This document shows, one piece after another, positions 49,131 to 63,517 of a stretch of 64,000 nt of DNA. The stretch is taken from positions 8,806,001-8,870,000 of the forward strand of contig CM097885.1 of the NCBI GenBank assembly GCA_044892525.1. The letters are read 5' to 3'. The position numbers and the translations under genes were made by a program. Within the stretch, counting starts at the first letter, position 1, and each line of letters starts with the position of its first letter. Origin of the DNA: Schmidtea polychroa. Taxonomy: Eukaryota. Below the pieces are notes generated by a model. That model was not told the origin of the DNA. It worked only from the letters and a program-made list of their open reading frames with translations, and did not search any database.

Positions 49131-50222
49131 TCATAATTTTTCAATTCTGCATCTGAGCAGCAATTTATTATTTTTGGCTGCAAATTCATAGATTGAGACA
49201 TCACAATGATAAATGCCAATTGAATCATTTCTGTCCTTTGACGGTTTCTTCCATCCGGCATCACGAGGGCGATCTGAATAATTTGTCGACTGACTCTTAT
49301 AAATGTTGCCATTTGCTGGATCGATCACATCGATTGTCACAGATTGTTTGAACGGCCAATCCAACTGCTTATCATTTTCCCCACGCATCAAACAGAAACC
49401 AACCCAAATTGCATCCCCATGACCCTTAGAAACCCTAATCATCATCCTCAAGCACATTTTGTAACCAACTAGCCCTGAATAAAATGACTCGCTGTAAATA
49501 TATTGACTTCTCTTTTGTTGTGATAATTTATCGATGTTCCATTCAAAAAATCCATAATTTATATTTTTTTCATTTGTGCATTTCGTCATTTCAAGCTGCA
49601 ACTGAATCGAAAATTCAAATATTTCAATAATAATTCAATAATTAACCTTTTCATTTTCCTGTTGCAGACGCTGCTCGCATTTCTTTTTCGTCTCATCAAC
49701 TTGCTGTCTGATCTGCTTCGCATCAATAACAAATCAATAACAAATCAAATAAATAATCAAACTTGATTGGTTGATCCAATATTTGTCTCCATCTTCATTC
49801 TCAATGAGTGATTGTCATTCTTCACTGCCACCATTTCCTCATTCAATTTATCGAATTCCCCTCTGTTGTGCACTTCTTCCCTTTCAATATTGCACAATTT
49901 CATCTCCAATTACAAATACAAATAAAATTAATTACAAATAAAATTTTACATTGATATTATTAAATTGTTGTTTGAATTGCGTGATTTCTCCTTTCAATTC
50001 AATAACTTCGTTAGGCAAATGCATATTCTCATCTCTCATTGATTGCATCTCATTGCATAAATTACTGATCTGATCAATCAATAATTTGCTATGGCTTTCA
50101 ATGTTCTCATTGAGATGGACTTTCATTTCGTTATTCACCACTTCATTCATTTCGCATCCAATTTTATTAAATGGACATCTGATTGGCTGATTGTTATCGA
50201 ATTTAAATTTATTGCTCTTCAT
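49131..50222 (-). CDS. TRAF-like gene (TRAF Zn finger, coiled coil, MATH domain); spliced, possibly a pseudogene or 5'-incomplete
   Basis: CPFNKIGC...HLNENIESH; FEWNI..YSESFYS..GYKMCLR..LMRGENDKQLDWPF. Introns 49602-49646 and 49713-49762. The acceptor near 49910 reads TAA. Confidence 0.85.
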
Positions 50223-51092
50223 TATTCCTATTACATTTATAAATTTTTAACATTTAACAACATTCATAAATCTTACTTATTATATTAATTATTTCCTCTG
50301 ACGTTTACAATTTTAATATTTTTAATTTGTATTTTAATGTAGATAAACAAACAATTTATAAATATTTTATTTTAGCATTGAGCGAAATTCGATATTTTAT
50401 TAATGTTAATTTTCAGTGTTTATTTTAAATATTCATTTATTTTAAATCTTATAAAATTATTTAAATTAAATTTTTATAACAAAAAGTAAAATTTTTATGG
50501 AAATTTAAAGAACATTTTTAAACGGAAAATACAAATTAAAAATAGATCAAAATATAAAAATAAACATTTTTCATAAAATATTATTGGGAAACACTAAACG
50601 GGTTGTTAATGTATTCAGAAATGTTTGGGTTTTGGTCTTTGAAATAATGATTTCGTTATGGTTATAAATATTGGGAATGATCCACATTGGATAAGGATAT
50701 TTCACTGATCCAAATATTAGAATATAATTCACTCAGAAGATTTAATATAAATCTTGAATCAAGAATTTTATGAAATAATTAAAATAAGTCAATCGGGATA
50801 ATGAAAATTTGTAGTAAAACGAATAAATAAATAAAATAATTATTCGTGAAAATGTTAAAAATGCAAATATTTTGTCTTATTCAAATAAGTTTCGAATCAA
50901 TAATTATGAAAAAATCAATTAAATATTTCATTATGAAATTATTAAAATATTTCAAATTTTTTCATGATAATTATAAATATAGACAAATACTCATCGATGA
51001 CTCATCGTTTAAAATTTCTATTTATTGTTGTTGATAAAATCATTGAATCCGAAAATTAATGTGCAGAATGCAGTAATAATTTTTTTGTATTC

Positions 51093-51512
51093 ATTTTAAG
51101 CACTATCTCTACGGAAGAAGATTCACGCTATGGACAGATCACAAGGCGATCACGTTTATGATGACAACCAAAAAGCCAATTACTTCTCAATTCCAAACCT
51201 GGATCAATTATTTGAGCAGTTTGGATATAATCGTTGAATATAGAAAGGGTGTTAATCACCAAAATGCAGACATGGTGTCCAGAACTAAATGTGAAACGTG
51301 TGTTCAATGTCAAATGGCTCACGAAGAATTTAAGAAAGGAAAGATAAAAACTAGATTACTAGACTCGATCAGAGAAGAAGGTAGGGGCACCAATCAACAA
51401 ATAAATTTGGAAGAAGAATTACGAAAGAAAACGATGATACCTGAAAACGAGATACAAGAAACCATAAAGGAAATACATCGACTATTGTGTCATGCTGGAG
51501 TCGAGAAGATAG
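51093..51512 (+). mobile_element. Ty3/Gypsy pol fragment (RNase H end to integrase Zn-binding start)
   Basis: FKHYLYGRRFTLWTDHKAI...WINYLSSLDIIVEYRKGVNHQNADMVSR...IHRLLCHAG. Confidence 0.88.
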
Positions 51513-51519
51513 ATGAGAA

Positions 51520-52610
51520 TCCTAATAATAGTAATAATAATTCAACAACTAGATACCAACAACAACCAAGTACTTAAAACTAGATACCAAGTACCATGTG
51601 CTAACAACCAACAAAAAACTAGATACTAACAGATTAGTGTCAACCACTAGGAACTAACAACCCACCAGATACTTACAACCAAATACTAACAACTATGTAC
51701 TTCTAACAAACAGCTTTCCACTAGATACTATCTTGGTACTATTTACAATCAAACACCAAGTACCAACTATCAGCTGCTAAGAATTTTTAACTAGGTACTA
51801 ATAAATAAGTACCAAATACATACAACTAAGTACTTACAACCGGATACTTACTACCATGTACTTAAAACCATTTACCAACAACTAGGTACCAAGTACTAAC
51901 AACCAACAACAAATCCAATCGAGAAATTAACAAATACCAACCTACAACTAGATTACAACAACCAACAAACAACTAGATACCAACAATATATCCTCACAAG
52001 CAACCAACTAAATACCAAATACAAAGTACTAACTCTCAAACATCTAGATACTTAAAACTTTCAACTAACTAAATATTCTTCATTGTATTTTATCAAATAC
52101 TTTGCAAATAAATAAAATTTTTTATTTGTGTTAGAATTCATAAATATTTTGAATTACAAACAGTAGAAAAAACCTTTCTAAGAAAAATGTATAAATTTAT
52201 CAAAAATGATGATTTTCGTTAAAAAAATGAATAATTGTCAACTCAGCCACTTTAAAACACCACATGGAATTGAAAATAATTTAAATATTTTAAAATTACA
52301 ACGAAAGACTATAGAATTATAATTTTTATTCACAAGAGATCTGCTTAACTTTTAATTGATTACTAACATACGTACTGATTTATTATTGCAAAGTAAAAAT
52401 TTCATGCTTATTCAATAAGTAGTCATTGTTAATTCGATTTATTATATATAGTCTGATTTTATCCGACAGGATGTTTTGTCCCCTATGGGTATTGGTCGTA
52501 AGGGTATTGGTCACACTCAACCCCTCCCAACCTACCCATTAACTAGATACTAAGGATCAGTTAACAATTAGATACCAACAACTAGCAACTAGATACCAAC
52601 AATGTATTCA
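51520..52610 (+). repeat. Diverged partial copy of the AC-rich repeat
   Basis: caactagataccaa units; 52070-52545 is homologous to 2490-2960. Confidence 0.8.
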
Positions 52611-53391
52611 AATCATAATTAAAAAACAGCTTATTTTTCCAAAAATTATTTAAATCAATATTTTAATTGAATATATTTTAATTAGAAAATGCAAATTAAA
52701 AATATTTCGAAGTCTAAAATAATTAAAAAATAAAAAAGTAAAAATTAAAAATATTTTACCATTAGTTTATTTGAAACGAAGAAACATGAAGGAAAATGCG
52801 AAGAATTCAAATTCAATTCACTGAAAGAAAAATAGCAAAAAGATGCGAGAAATAAATAAAATGGAAGAGAAAGAAAAGTAATAACCAGATACTCGGATGA
52901 AGTCATATCTACTGGTGGTAAGTCTGAAAACTTCAATAGCGCTTTACGCTTATTTAAAAAAAAGCAGTTATAGCATGTATCAAATGGCGAAATTTGGCCA
53001 TGACGTAATGCCTTACATATCGGAGGTGGCCCTTCAATCCAAAAAAGTCGGGATTTTGGTCAGGAAGTGTAGAAGGCTATTAGCAACATGGTTACGATGT
53101 TCACAAGTTATATAAAAAATTCCACACAATCGAGAAGTGTCTAGTCTAGGTTCAAGGGATCACTTGTGATTTCTAGATCACAATCCGAAAGCAGATACAG
53201 AAGATTATCGATTTTCGTGTCGGGATACACACGGACGGTTCACTGCTATCGCATCATCTATCTCAGGAACTCCTGCGGCAGTTCCGATCATCAAGAAGCC
53301 ACGTAAAGCAAGGTCCAGTAAGTTTGAGTGATAGAAGATTAGAGAATTAGGAACGGATAAGAATGTCAAGCACGAGAAATGATAAAACACC

Positions 53392-55921
53392 GAACAATGT
53401 TTTATTAAGTAGGGATAATGATCGATTTACTTTTGACAATGAAATCTTTACAGATAATTGGGATTGACTTCAACTTTAAATTATATTTATCTTTATTTAG
53501 GCGGAGAATGACAAAAGTTGAAAAATATGGACCTAAAACATCGACAACTAAATAAAATTGATCTTTATTTGAAGAAATCTATCGATTGATTTTAATTAGT
53601 AAATAAATCGGTTGAATATCGATAAAATGATCATTTAAAGAAATATATTTGAAGAAATATATTTTATTGAATGGATAAATTTAATCTTTCAATGTGACCT
53701 AGTCAGTTATATTTATTTTAAATTTCGAGTACAGTGATTAACAAAAATTTAATTATAACCAGTTTTATCATTAGATTTTATAAATTATTTAGGGTTAATG
53801 ACCAATTTATTTTACATGTTTTATAGGTAAATATTCGTGATAATATGAATTAAAGTTAGAATTATAGTCATTTAAAGGGGATTTTAAGCAATCTTATTAG
53901 TCTGAGGTAAATATATAACCTTTTAAGGATATATATCGATAAAATACTAATCTTTAAAGATAGAGTTATTTCAGGGAAATTTGATGCTTTTTAGATGATT
54001 TTAGTGAATTATTTGTAATAATATGGATTAAGGGTAGAAATATAGTCATTTAAGAGATTTTAAGGAATCTTGTTAGTTTGAGGTGAATATATGATCTTTA
54101 ACAAGTACTTATCGATAAGATACTAATCTTAAAAGATAGAGATGATTCTTTTTAGATGATTTTATTAGAGAATTCGCTTGAATATACCAATTATTGTCAT
54201 TTAAATGAATTTTCTGGTTTGTTAGATGTTATCATTAGTTTTCTAGTCTCTCTTGAAATTTAATGATAATTATTTTTATTGTAGATTGACGACATTGATG
54301 ATTGTAATGAATTCATATTGATTTTTTGAATATATTAAGCAATCAGTCAATCAATTTAAGTACATGTATTACTTTTACAAAAATAATTAAAAATAATTTT
54401 ATTTCAATTAATTTATTCAATCTAAATCAATTATCTACTAGATCTTATTTCAAAGATTTTTTATTAATTTATTATCTTAGTTGATTCAATTTGAATGATC
54501 AAATATTTTTTTTATTTACTGGATGATTAATGATTAGAATTCATTCTTGTCCATTAATTACATTTTTATAATAATTATTTGGTATATTTTGAATAATTTA
54601 AATTTTTACAAAAATTTAATCAATTTTTACCTAGTTATTGATGCCTTGAGTTCAATTAATGTTTCATCTAATTTGTCAAGTGAAGAGTATTTGCTTTTAT
54701 AGATCTATTTGGTAATACATAGTTGTTGGTTGTTAGTAGTTAGTACTTGGTAGTTGGTATCTGATTGACTTTTTAGATTTTGATAAGATATTGTATGTGA
54801 TGAAGATTATTTTGTATTTAATTGCTATTATTTTAATTGTTGTTAGTTGATTGTTGGTACTTTATATCTGGTTGATAGTTTTTTGCTGATAGTCTTGGTA
54901 TCTTGTTGTAAGTACTTAACTGATAGCGTTTGGTATATTGTTGTAAGTACTTGGTATCTAGTTGAAAATACGTGTTTATAGTTACTGGTAGATGATATTA
55001 AGTTGTTGGTATCTTGTACTTGGTAGTTGGTGCGGTGTTGTTAGTATCTAGTTGTAGGTTGATATTTGTTAATTTCTCGATGGGTTTTGATGCTGGTTGT
55101 AAGTACTTGGTATCTAGTTGTTAGCTGGTTGTTAGTACTTAGTAGCTAGTTAATGGGTAGGTGTGGGGATTGAGAGTTAGCAATATCCTTACGACCAGTA
55201 CCCTTACGACTAATACCCTTACGAATAGTACCTTTACGACTAATACCCTTACGACCAGTACCCTTACGACCTGTACCCTTAGCTGGTTGTTAGTACTTAG
55301 TAGCTAGTTAATTGGTAGGTGGGGGGTTGAGTGTTAGCAATATCCTTACGACCAAAACCCCTACGACTAGTACCTTTACGAATAGTACCTTTACGACTAA
55401 TACCCTTACGACTAGTACCCTCAGGGGGTCAAAACATCCTGTCGGATAAACTCAGAGTATATATAATAAAACTGATCAACAATAAGTATTTATTGAATGC
55501 GATTTTTACTTTGCAATAATAAGTCAGTAGTTATCATTTAAAAGAAGAATGTTTTGTAAATTAGAATTCATTAGTCTTTCATTGTAATTTAAATTATTTT
55601 GAATTTCACGTGGTGTTTTAAAGTGATTGAGTTGTGGTTTTTTGATGAAAATCAACATTTTTGTTAAATTTAGACATTTTGAAAAGGTTTTTCTACTGAT
55701 TGTTATTAAAATTATTATAGAAGCTGTATAAAAAATTAATTTAAAAAAAATACAATTCATAAAATACAATAAAGAATATTTAGTTGATTGTAAGTAGTTA
55801 GTTGTAAGTATGTGGTTGTTTGAGAGTTAGTTAGTACGTGGTATCATGTTGAAAGTATTTGGTACTTATTTGTTAGCACCTAGTTAAAAATATTTAGTAA
55901 CCCATTGTTGGTAACTGTTGA

Positions 55922-55972
<51 letters not shown>

Positions 55973-57770
55973 TCATTAAAATTTTCATTAAAAATTAACT
56001 TAAAAAATTATTTCATTAAAATTTAATTTAAAAATTAACTTAAAAAATTTTACATTTAAAATTAACTTAAAAATAGTTTCCATTTAAATTTTCATTAAAA
56101 ATTACATTTCTCAAAAAAGTTGGTGGTTATTCAATCTTTTGATAATAAATTTAAAAATCTTAGTTTAATTTACTTATTACATTACTTATTTAAAAATTAT
56201 TACTTTAATTTACTCATTTAGCTTTAATTTAAAATTTAAACCATAGTTTTCTTTAATTTAAAATTTTGAACCTTAATTTTCTTATTTAAAATTTTTAACT
56301 TTAATTTACTTAACCTTAATTTACCTATTTATCCTTTATTACTTAATTTTACACCATAATTTACTAAACAACTAATTATAACCCTTATTTTCATATTTAA
56401 CCAATAATTTCATGTGGTCGTCTGGTTATAAGTACTTGGTATCTAGTTGACAGTGCTTAGGACTAGGTATCTTGTACTTGGTTGTTAGTACTTGGTTGAT
56501 AATGCTTAGTACCTGGTTGTTAGTTGATTGTTGGTACTTGGTAGGTGGTAGCTAGTTGTTAGCTGGTTGTTTGAGAGTTAGTTAGTACGTGGTAATTTGT
56601 AGCTAGTTGTTAGCTTGTTTTTTTAGTTGTTAGTACTTGGTAGGTGGTTGTAGGTACTTAGAAGTTGGTTGATAATGCTTAGTACCTGGTTGTTGACGGT
56701 TGTGAGTAGTTGGTATCTCGTACCTAGTTGGTTACTTGTTTATGGTTGTTAGTACTTGTTAGGTGGTTGTAGGTACTTAGTATCAGGTAACTGGTTGTTA
56801 GTAACTAGTTGTAGGTTGTAGGTACTTAGTAGTTGGTTGATGATGCTTAGTACCTGGTTGTTGACGGTCGTGAGTACTTGCTAGGTGGTAGCTAGTTGGT
56901 TGCATGTTTTTGGTTGTTAGTATCTAGTTGTAGGTATCTGGTTGTTAATACATGTTCGTAAGTTACTGGTTGTTGGTACTAAGTTGTTGGTTTGTTGTTG
57001 AATTATTATTAAAATTTGTCTTTGAAAAATATTTCAAAAAAATTTTCATTAAAAATTATCTTAAAAATTTCCATCTAAAATTATCATTGAAAATTATTTC
57101 ATAAAAATTTTCATTAAAAAATTTCAATTCTCAAACACCTACTATTATTCCAACTTTTTTTTAATAAATTTAAAAATCTTACTTTAATTTACTTATTACA
57201 TTACTTATTTAAAAATTATTACTTTAATTTACTTATTCAACTTTAATTAAAAATATTTTACCATTGATTACTTAATTTAAAAATTTGGACCTTAATTAAC
57301 TTTAATTTAATTTTTTAGAACCTTTATTTAGTTATTTGAGCCCATTCATTACTTTAATTAAAAATTTGAACCATTATTTACTTTAATTTAAAAATTTGAA
57401 ACTTAATTTACTTTAATTTAAAAATTTGAACCTTAATTTACTTAATTGAGCCCTTAATTAACTTTAATTTAAAAATTTGAACCATTATTTACTTTAATTT
57501 AAAAATTTGAACCTTAATTAACTTATTTGAGCCCATTGATAACTTTTATTCAAAAATCTAAGCCAATAATTACTTTAATTCAAAAATATGAACCTTAATT
57601 TACTTATTTGGACCATAATTTACTTTAATTCAAAAATCTTAGCCCATAATTTACTGTAATTCAATTTTTTAGACCCATAATTTGCTTTATTTTAAAAAAT
57701 TTACCACGTTTTTTAGTGTAGACCGCCTTTTTCTATTGAAATTCTCAGGACCAAGGAGACGTAAATCCCG
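53392..57770 (-). repeat. Second long copy of the AC/GT-skewed repeat
   Basis: Inverted relative to 1-4411; 56900-57770 is co-directional with 6560-8738. Confidence 0.85.
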
Positions 57771-58038
57771 GTCCGATCCTGGTCCAAGGGAGCGACCTTC
57801 ATCCAAACTACTCTCGTTCCACAGCACTATTTCGTTGCCATAATTGCCAAATCAATCATACAGGACTTTGCAAGATAGAAAAACCGAAAAAATATATATT
57901 GATACCGAAAAACACAGAATACATCATTACGAACAATGGATTAAAAACGTTCGGACAATTTGAGTCAGGTAGTATTATCAAAATTTACAAGTTGAGTCGC
58001 AATCCAAAGGAAAATCGAGATCGACTGTAGATTATTTT

Positions 58039-58800
58039 CTAAGCAAAGTTTTCTCCGTCGGCGATTATCTCGTCGATGTCGACAGGTAATCGACAATCCG
58101 AGAGGAATCTGATACCGTTGGCCGGAACAATACGGAAAACTTCTTTCGAGGGGATCGAATGAGTGGATGTTATTTCCGTTATTTTCGACTGCGCCGCAAA
58201 TAAGGACGCTTCGAGTGCCTTCATTGCATTCCTGCGTTTTGTGTTCTTCTCGGCCCTGGTCGGATGCTTGCGTTTACGAGGTGGCGGAATTTCTCCTACA
58301 GTTGTGGTGATGGTAGGTGCCACAAGAATTGGAGCCAGAATTGGGTCAGAAAGACCGCCTTTCATCGGTAGATAGCCCGACAGCACCGGAGCTGGGATGG
58401 GCGGCAGATGCGAGCCGTGCCCTTGACAATTTGAAGTGGACGACGTTGATGGCTTGTGATGGAGAGGAAAAACGTTCGATCCATCCAAGACGGGATATTC
58501 GCGTACCCGCTTAGCTGATTCTGCCTCCGTGTAGACCTTGTGGAGGGCTTCGGACTGTGCCTTTATTGCGAGTCTTTGACAGCGGCTCTCCTCCAGGAGG
58601 CTGTCTCTGCAATGCTCTAACCTGAGGATCTTACTTCGTTCCTCTTTCATTTGTGGCGGGGAGAACCACGAGCCTTCATAAAGGTCTATGCGCTTCTTTA
58701 GAGCCCCGATATATAAATGGAGTTGAGCGATGTCCGCGTTCTTGTCAGCACAAGAAAAACACGGTCGAAGTTCTTTAACCTTGTTGGACGGTGTAGGCAT
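58039..58800 (-). CDS. Orphan 253-aa ORF (CxxC, coiled coil, Pro-rich region, basic NLS-like motif)
   Basis: Long ORF in a visibly GC-richer island; PCFSC, PPPRKRKHP. No family recognised. Confidence 0.5.
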   Translation of the reverse strand: MPTPSNKVKELRPCFSCADKNADIAQLHLYIGALKKRIDLYEGSWFSPPQMKEERSKILRLEHCRDSLLEESRCQRLAIKAQSEALHKVYTEAESAKRVREYPVLDGSNVFPLHHKPSTSSTSNCQGHGSHLPPIPAPVLSGYLPMKGGLSDPILAPILVAPTITTTVGEIPPPRKRKHPTRAEKNTKRRNAMKALEASLFAAQSKITEITSTHSIPSKEVFRIVPANGIRFLSDCRLPVDIDEIIADGENFA

Positions 58801-61631
58801 CTAGAAAATTAATCATGTTTCATACGTAGCCGCAATACTTATTAACGTATTATTTGCAATTTAGAACCTAGACTCAAAGATTCCATTCATCCTACCACCC
58901 AACCGCACATGCTAAAACGACTCATTTCACATATCCCGACGCTCCACATTCATTCGGTTATGAAACAACATTCCAGTCGATTTGTTCATTCCTGATAATT
59001 GAGAGAAGAAAACGGGGGAAAATCTTCGAATTTAATTTACTCAGCATAAAAATTAACATTCATACTCGGGTCGGATAACCACCACCTATTGCATTTTTAG
59101 TTAATTATTATCATCAATTTTGTCCTCTTTCGTAAAATAAAAAGAAATCTAAAATCCAATCTTTGGGATCGTGGTTTGTTGATTTGTATCTACTTAATGT
59201 TACCGAGTCGAATGAGAGTTCATTTCTATTTATTGTGCACGGTTAATTCTGATTGACGTGAAAACTTTAAAATATATACTATCAGATAATGCATCATAGA
59301 TTAGACTATCACGCTTTTCAAAAATGTGCTGTATTTGTCGCCATAGTGACGCCTTCTCGTGGGTGTGTGTGTTATATTTAATTTTCGTTAAGTGGACTAG
59401 TATGTGCTGCTGCGTTAGTCAGAATTCAAACCTCTCGTGAGCTATCATCTATCTAGGTTGGACTAGGAAATTTAGTGCCTTGTTACTTTACTGTGACTCG
59501 TTCTACTGTTCTGAGCAATTATAAACATTATTATGCAAAAGTGATGTCATAGAATAGTCTTCTGGATTTATTCACCATTCTACTGGGAGGAATCTCACTA
59601 TAGGTGTGCATGTAGGTGTGTATTTGTGAGACGCAGTAGATTTGAATTTTCATCAGACATTATATGGGTAACAGCCTGAGCCTGTGTGTGTCAACTTCAG
59701 AGAATAGCGATTGAATCAGAACTACTAAGCTAAGTTCTTATCACACTGTCGGCCAAAGACAACTATCACCCACGCATTAACCGAACAAGTGGTTTGTTAT
59801 CATCTCTATTAGAGTTTTGTCGGTTACTCAATTCGGTTGGTTATCCTCTGACTGAAATTCATTCACCAATTTACTGATAACTCCTACAGCGGTTTCTCAA
59901 TTCAATTAGCAATTAGTCGATAAGTCTGTCAGCGATTTCTTTCCTTTTTACCGTGAGTAATCTGATAACTTCTCCCGATTTATTTTTCCTCTTTTCAGAA
60001 AAGCGATGCTTATCAACTATTCAAAGTCAATAATCTAGCCTAAAAGTACATCGTAAGTGGGTTTTGGCGCTAACGCTCTGGCGATCTAAATCAGATGACG
60101 TCCCAAAAGGCATTATATTGCAGAAATTCGTTGGATTTATTCGTAAGTGATGATCGACAAGGTCCTCTTCCAATCACTCTAATCGACAAGCTGAGAATCA
60201 AGAAAATATTCCTCTGTCTATGTAGACTTTTCCTAATTAGTGCGAATGTAAATGTGATTCTCAAATCCGAATTGTCCCTTTTTGAAAATCTAACACGTCT
60301 CAGGAATTATTGGAAAGTTCGATGTGACGGAATAATCGATGGAGCATCCTATGAACGATCGCGATCGGTGAAGGAAATTTTCACTTCCCAACTGAATTTT
60401 TCAAACTACTGAGTCTCTTCACCCCTCATGACACACCCAAGAAGGCATTCATTGCTGCCGCCATTCTTGCACCGTCATGAGGGACCAATCGACTCTTTCA
60501 TATTCAATAAAAGGATAATTTGCACATAATCACAAGCATATAAAAATTAGATGAATAAATAAAATTTACCCGGCGACCATATCGTTTGGGCTCCAAGTAT
60601 GATGTCTCTTTTCCATACTATCACATATCCGGTCACAATATTAATGAACATCTCATTGATCATTATCGCATTCTACAAAATTCTAATTTCCTCTCAACTT
60701 CTTCTGGATGCATATCATGAAGATTTCTCGCGGCCGTGTTCTCCACCGTGGCCTACTCCTTGCTCGTCCACATCATACTTGAAACTCTCAGACAATACAG
60801 TCGTCGGCACCATGAAGAAAAACTATTTGCCTTTAAATAAATTTATTGCATTAAATTGTTCTTGTTATCTTCCTAAAAGTTTACTAAATTGGTTCATAAA
60901 TAACTCAGCATAAAATTTAACCATAATTAATGCAACATAAAATCAAACCGTAAACAACTCGACATACCTTGAGTTTTCGAAAACTGAATTCAATCTGTAG
61001 AAGTCAAAGGTTGTCCTGAATCGTTGAGTTATTATAAATTTCTGCTTAGAGTTGCTTTAGTAGTTCGTTGGTCTAGTCTTCCGTAATATACTTCAAGTAT
61101 AGGTTCTGAAATTTGCAAAGTCTGCGATCGTGGATTAAAAGTGGTTTCTGTTAATCAATATCGTCCCTGTAATAGTTTGGTTAAAAGTGGTATTCTATTA
61201 ATTTTTCGCGTTTCTTATATACTATTTCTCGTCCAATCAGGGCTCAGTTAGGTTGTAATTTTTAATATTTATTATTATTTTATGTTTTTATTATAATATA
61301 TTAGCTTTTAATAACTTAACTTATTTCTTATTATAATTTTATTTATTTTTATTATTTTTATTATTTTTCTCCTATTTTTCCTGCTGATTTATGGCTACTT
61401 TATTGCCATATGATTTTTTGTTTTAATTAGGCTTAAAGATATTTTTATTTTTATTTATTGCTTTAATTTCTCGTTTATTTTCTCTCACTTTTTCGCTTAT
61501 TCTATTTCTACTTTATCCGCTGGGTGTTTTAAATCCTTTCTCTTTTGTCTTCTTCCCAAATCTTAGGGGTTTTATTTATTTATTACTTATTCTTATTTCT
61601 TTTTATGGGTATTTTATTGTTTCCTTATTTA

Positions 61632-62369
61632 CTGGGAATTCAGCCGCTGCTTTCGTATCACCACTTACTGCTTCTCCTGTAATGTTTATGATGTGAGGAT
61701 TATTTCGATGTTTAAATCTACTAGCAACGAAAGTTGCACTTATGTCACTTGCCTCAGCTTGATTGTAATTAACAATTCTTTTAGCTTTTTCTATTATGAT
61801 AGATTAACTTAATGGCATATTGCGTTTATTTTCGTCTTCAATCCATATAGACAGTCGTTTTTCCATTTCCTCTATAATGTAATTTCTAGAAAGGGTAATT
61901 CTAGTTGCAGAGTTTGACGTAGTTGCAGTTGCCGATGACATTATTTTTTAATTAAGTTGTCTTTATTGTTAAAGTTGCCAAATTCCATGCAGCACTAATT
62001 TGAGATTGACGTTCACCAGAATCTAATCTTCTAATCACTTGCATTTTAGTTTCCAGTGAAATGATTTTTCTGGTTGCTTTATTTTCTTATTTTTCATTAT
62101 CACCTATGATAAAAACTAAAGAGCATAATATTTGTCAATGTATTAATCGTTATAGTATTATATAAATTTATACTCACAATAATGTCAACAAATGTTTCAA
62201 ATAATAAAAATCCTCATGTAACACCGCACCAAACAAAAAACACAACTGTACTGTTTCGTGGCGAATCCCCATAGTTCTACGAGCAATTTCGAGGATTTCC
62301 TGCGTTGAAATAAAAGAGTGCTAAACCGAAACAGCGCTAAACGAAACAGCGTTAAGCGGCGTTTTACTG
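61632..62369 (-). mobile_element. Tigger/pogo DNA transposon 5' fragment
   Basis: TA|CAGTAAAACGCCGCTTAACG terminus at 62369. Manual translation RKIISLETKMQVIRRLDSGERQ (psq HTH) and EMEKRLSIWIEDENKRNMPLS*..EKAK..FVAS..GEAVSGDTKAAAEFP (CENP-B HTH). Confidence 0.88.
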
Positions 62370-62789
62370 TATTCCTAGAATAATTTGAAAATCGAATATG
62401 AATTGATTTAATATTAAACTCAATGCAATTGGATCAAATGAATAACTGTGTAATATGAACAGCTACAATATAGTATGTTAACGGAATCGCAGATAATTCA
62501 ACAGAAAGCACTGATTATTATCTCACATTTTCCAATTCTTTGAATCTTGTGAAATTCTGTGAAATGTTTAACATAGGAGTCCAAGGTAGACAGCAACGAG
62601 CAAGGGATTGGGTAAATCATAAATCATAGAAATGGCTGAATAGAAATCTGGAAATTTGACCAATAGAAAGAGAGAAACTAGCAAACTGCTGTAGAATCAA
62701 TCAAATACAATTCATTAGGAAATTATTAATCAGTGAACTGTACCAGTAGGTAGACATGTCATCAGGACATTGATTTTTTCTTTTTTTTT

Positions 62790-62920
62790 ATATAGGTCAA
62801 TCAACTATAAACATGTCACCTCTAGGACACTATATAAAATAAGTAGGTCAAGCCAAAAATATGTAGGTCAACTCAAGAATTATATAGGTCAACTCAAAAA
62901 TATATAGGTCAACTCAAAAT
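62790..62920 (+). repeat. About 20-bp tandem repeat (taggtcaactcaaaaatata)
   Basis: Five TAGGTCAA units. Confidence 0.75.
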
Positions 62921-63144
62921 TTTTGAATATGCATGACTTTCTCATGGTCTTTTACGAAATTTTCCTAAGTTTGTATGAAATTCAACCGATTTTATCGATT
63001 TTTCACAAATTTTCTGTTTTTATGTATGTCAAGGTGAAATTTTATTTTTTAAAGGTTATATTGATCGATGGCTTATTTTAAAACCAGCTGCAAGACCTTT
63101 TTAATGAGCTGTAGATATCATTATTATCATTAGTAGTTTTAAAG

Positions 63145-63517
63145 GAGAACAGGATACTTCCCCCTTGGACATTTCACCCCTGTCATTCTTCCCTGGACAT
63201 TTACCCCAAGGATATTCACCCCATGAAATTTAAAATAAAATATAATGATCAATATAATGAATGACAGAGGGGAAATGTCCAGGGGGAAATATCCTGTTCC
63301 CAATAAAAATATATACCATTGCGACATTTTGAGTGTGTTATGTTACATTCAAAAGGCTGGGGGAAATGTCCAGGGGAGAATGATAAGGGGAAAATATCCT
63401 GGGGGAAATGTCCAGGGGAAAAGGTATGAGGGGAAAGGCTGGGGAGAAATTTCCAGAGAAGAATGACAGGGTGGAAATGTATGGGGGAAATGTCTAGGGG
63501 GACAATATCCTAGACTC
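63145..63517. mobile_element. MITE, probably Mutator (MULE) type
   Basis: Imperfect TIRs gagaacaggata.. / ..tatcctagactc, subterminal ggggaaatgtcc repeats, and 9-bp flanks gttttaaag / tttttaaag (8/9). Confidence 0.72.

Noticed and set aside
60400..61620. Possible degenerate exons or transposase/retroelement remnants (e.g. NIVTG-like peptide near 60630)
   Set aside because: Multiple stops in all frames and no convincing motif series; cannot be assigned without a search.
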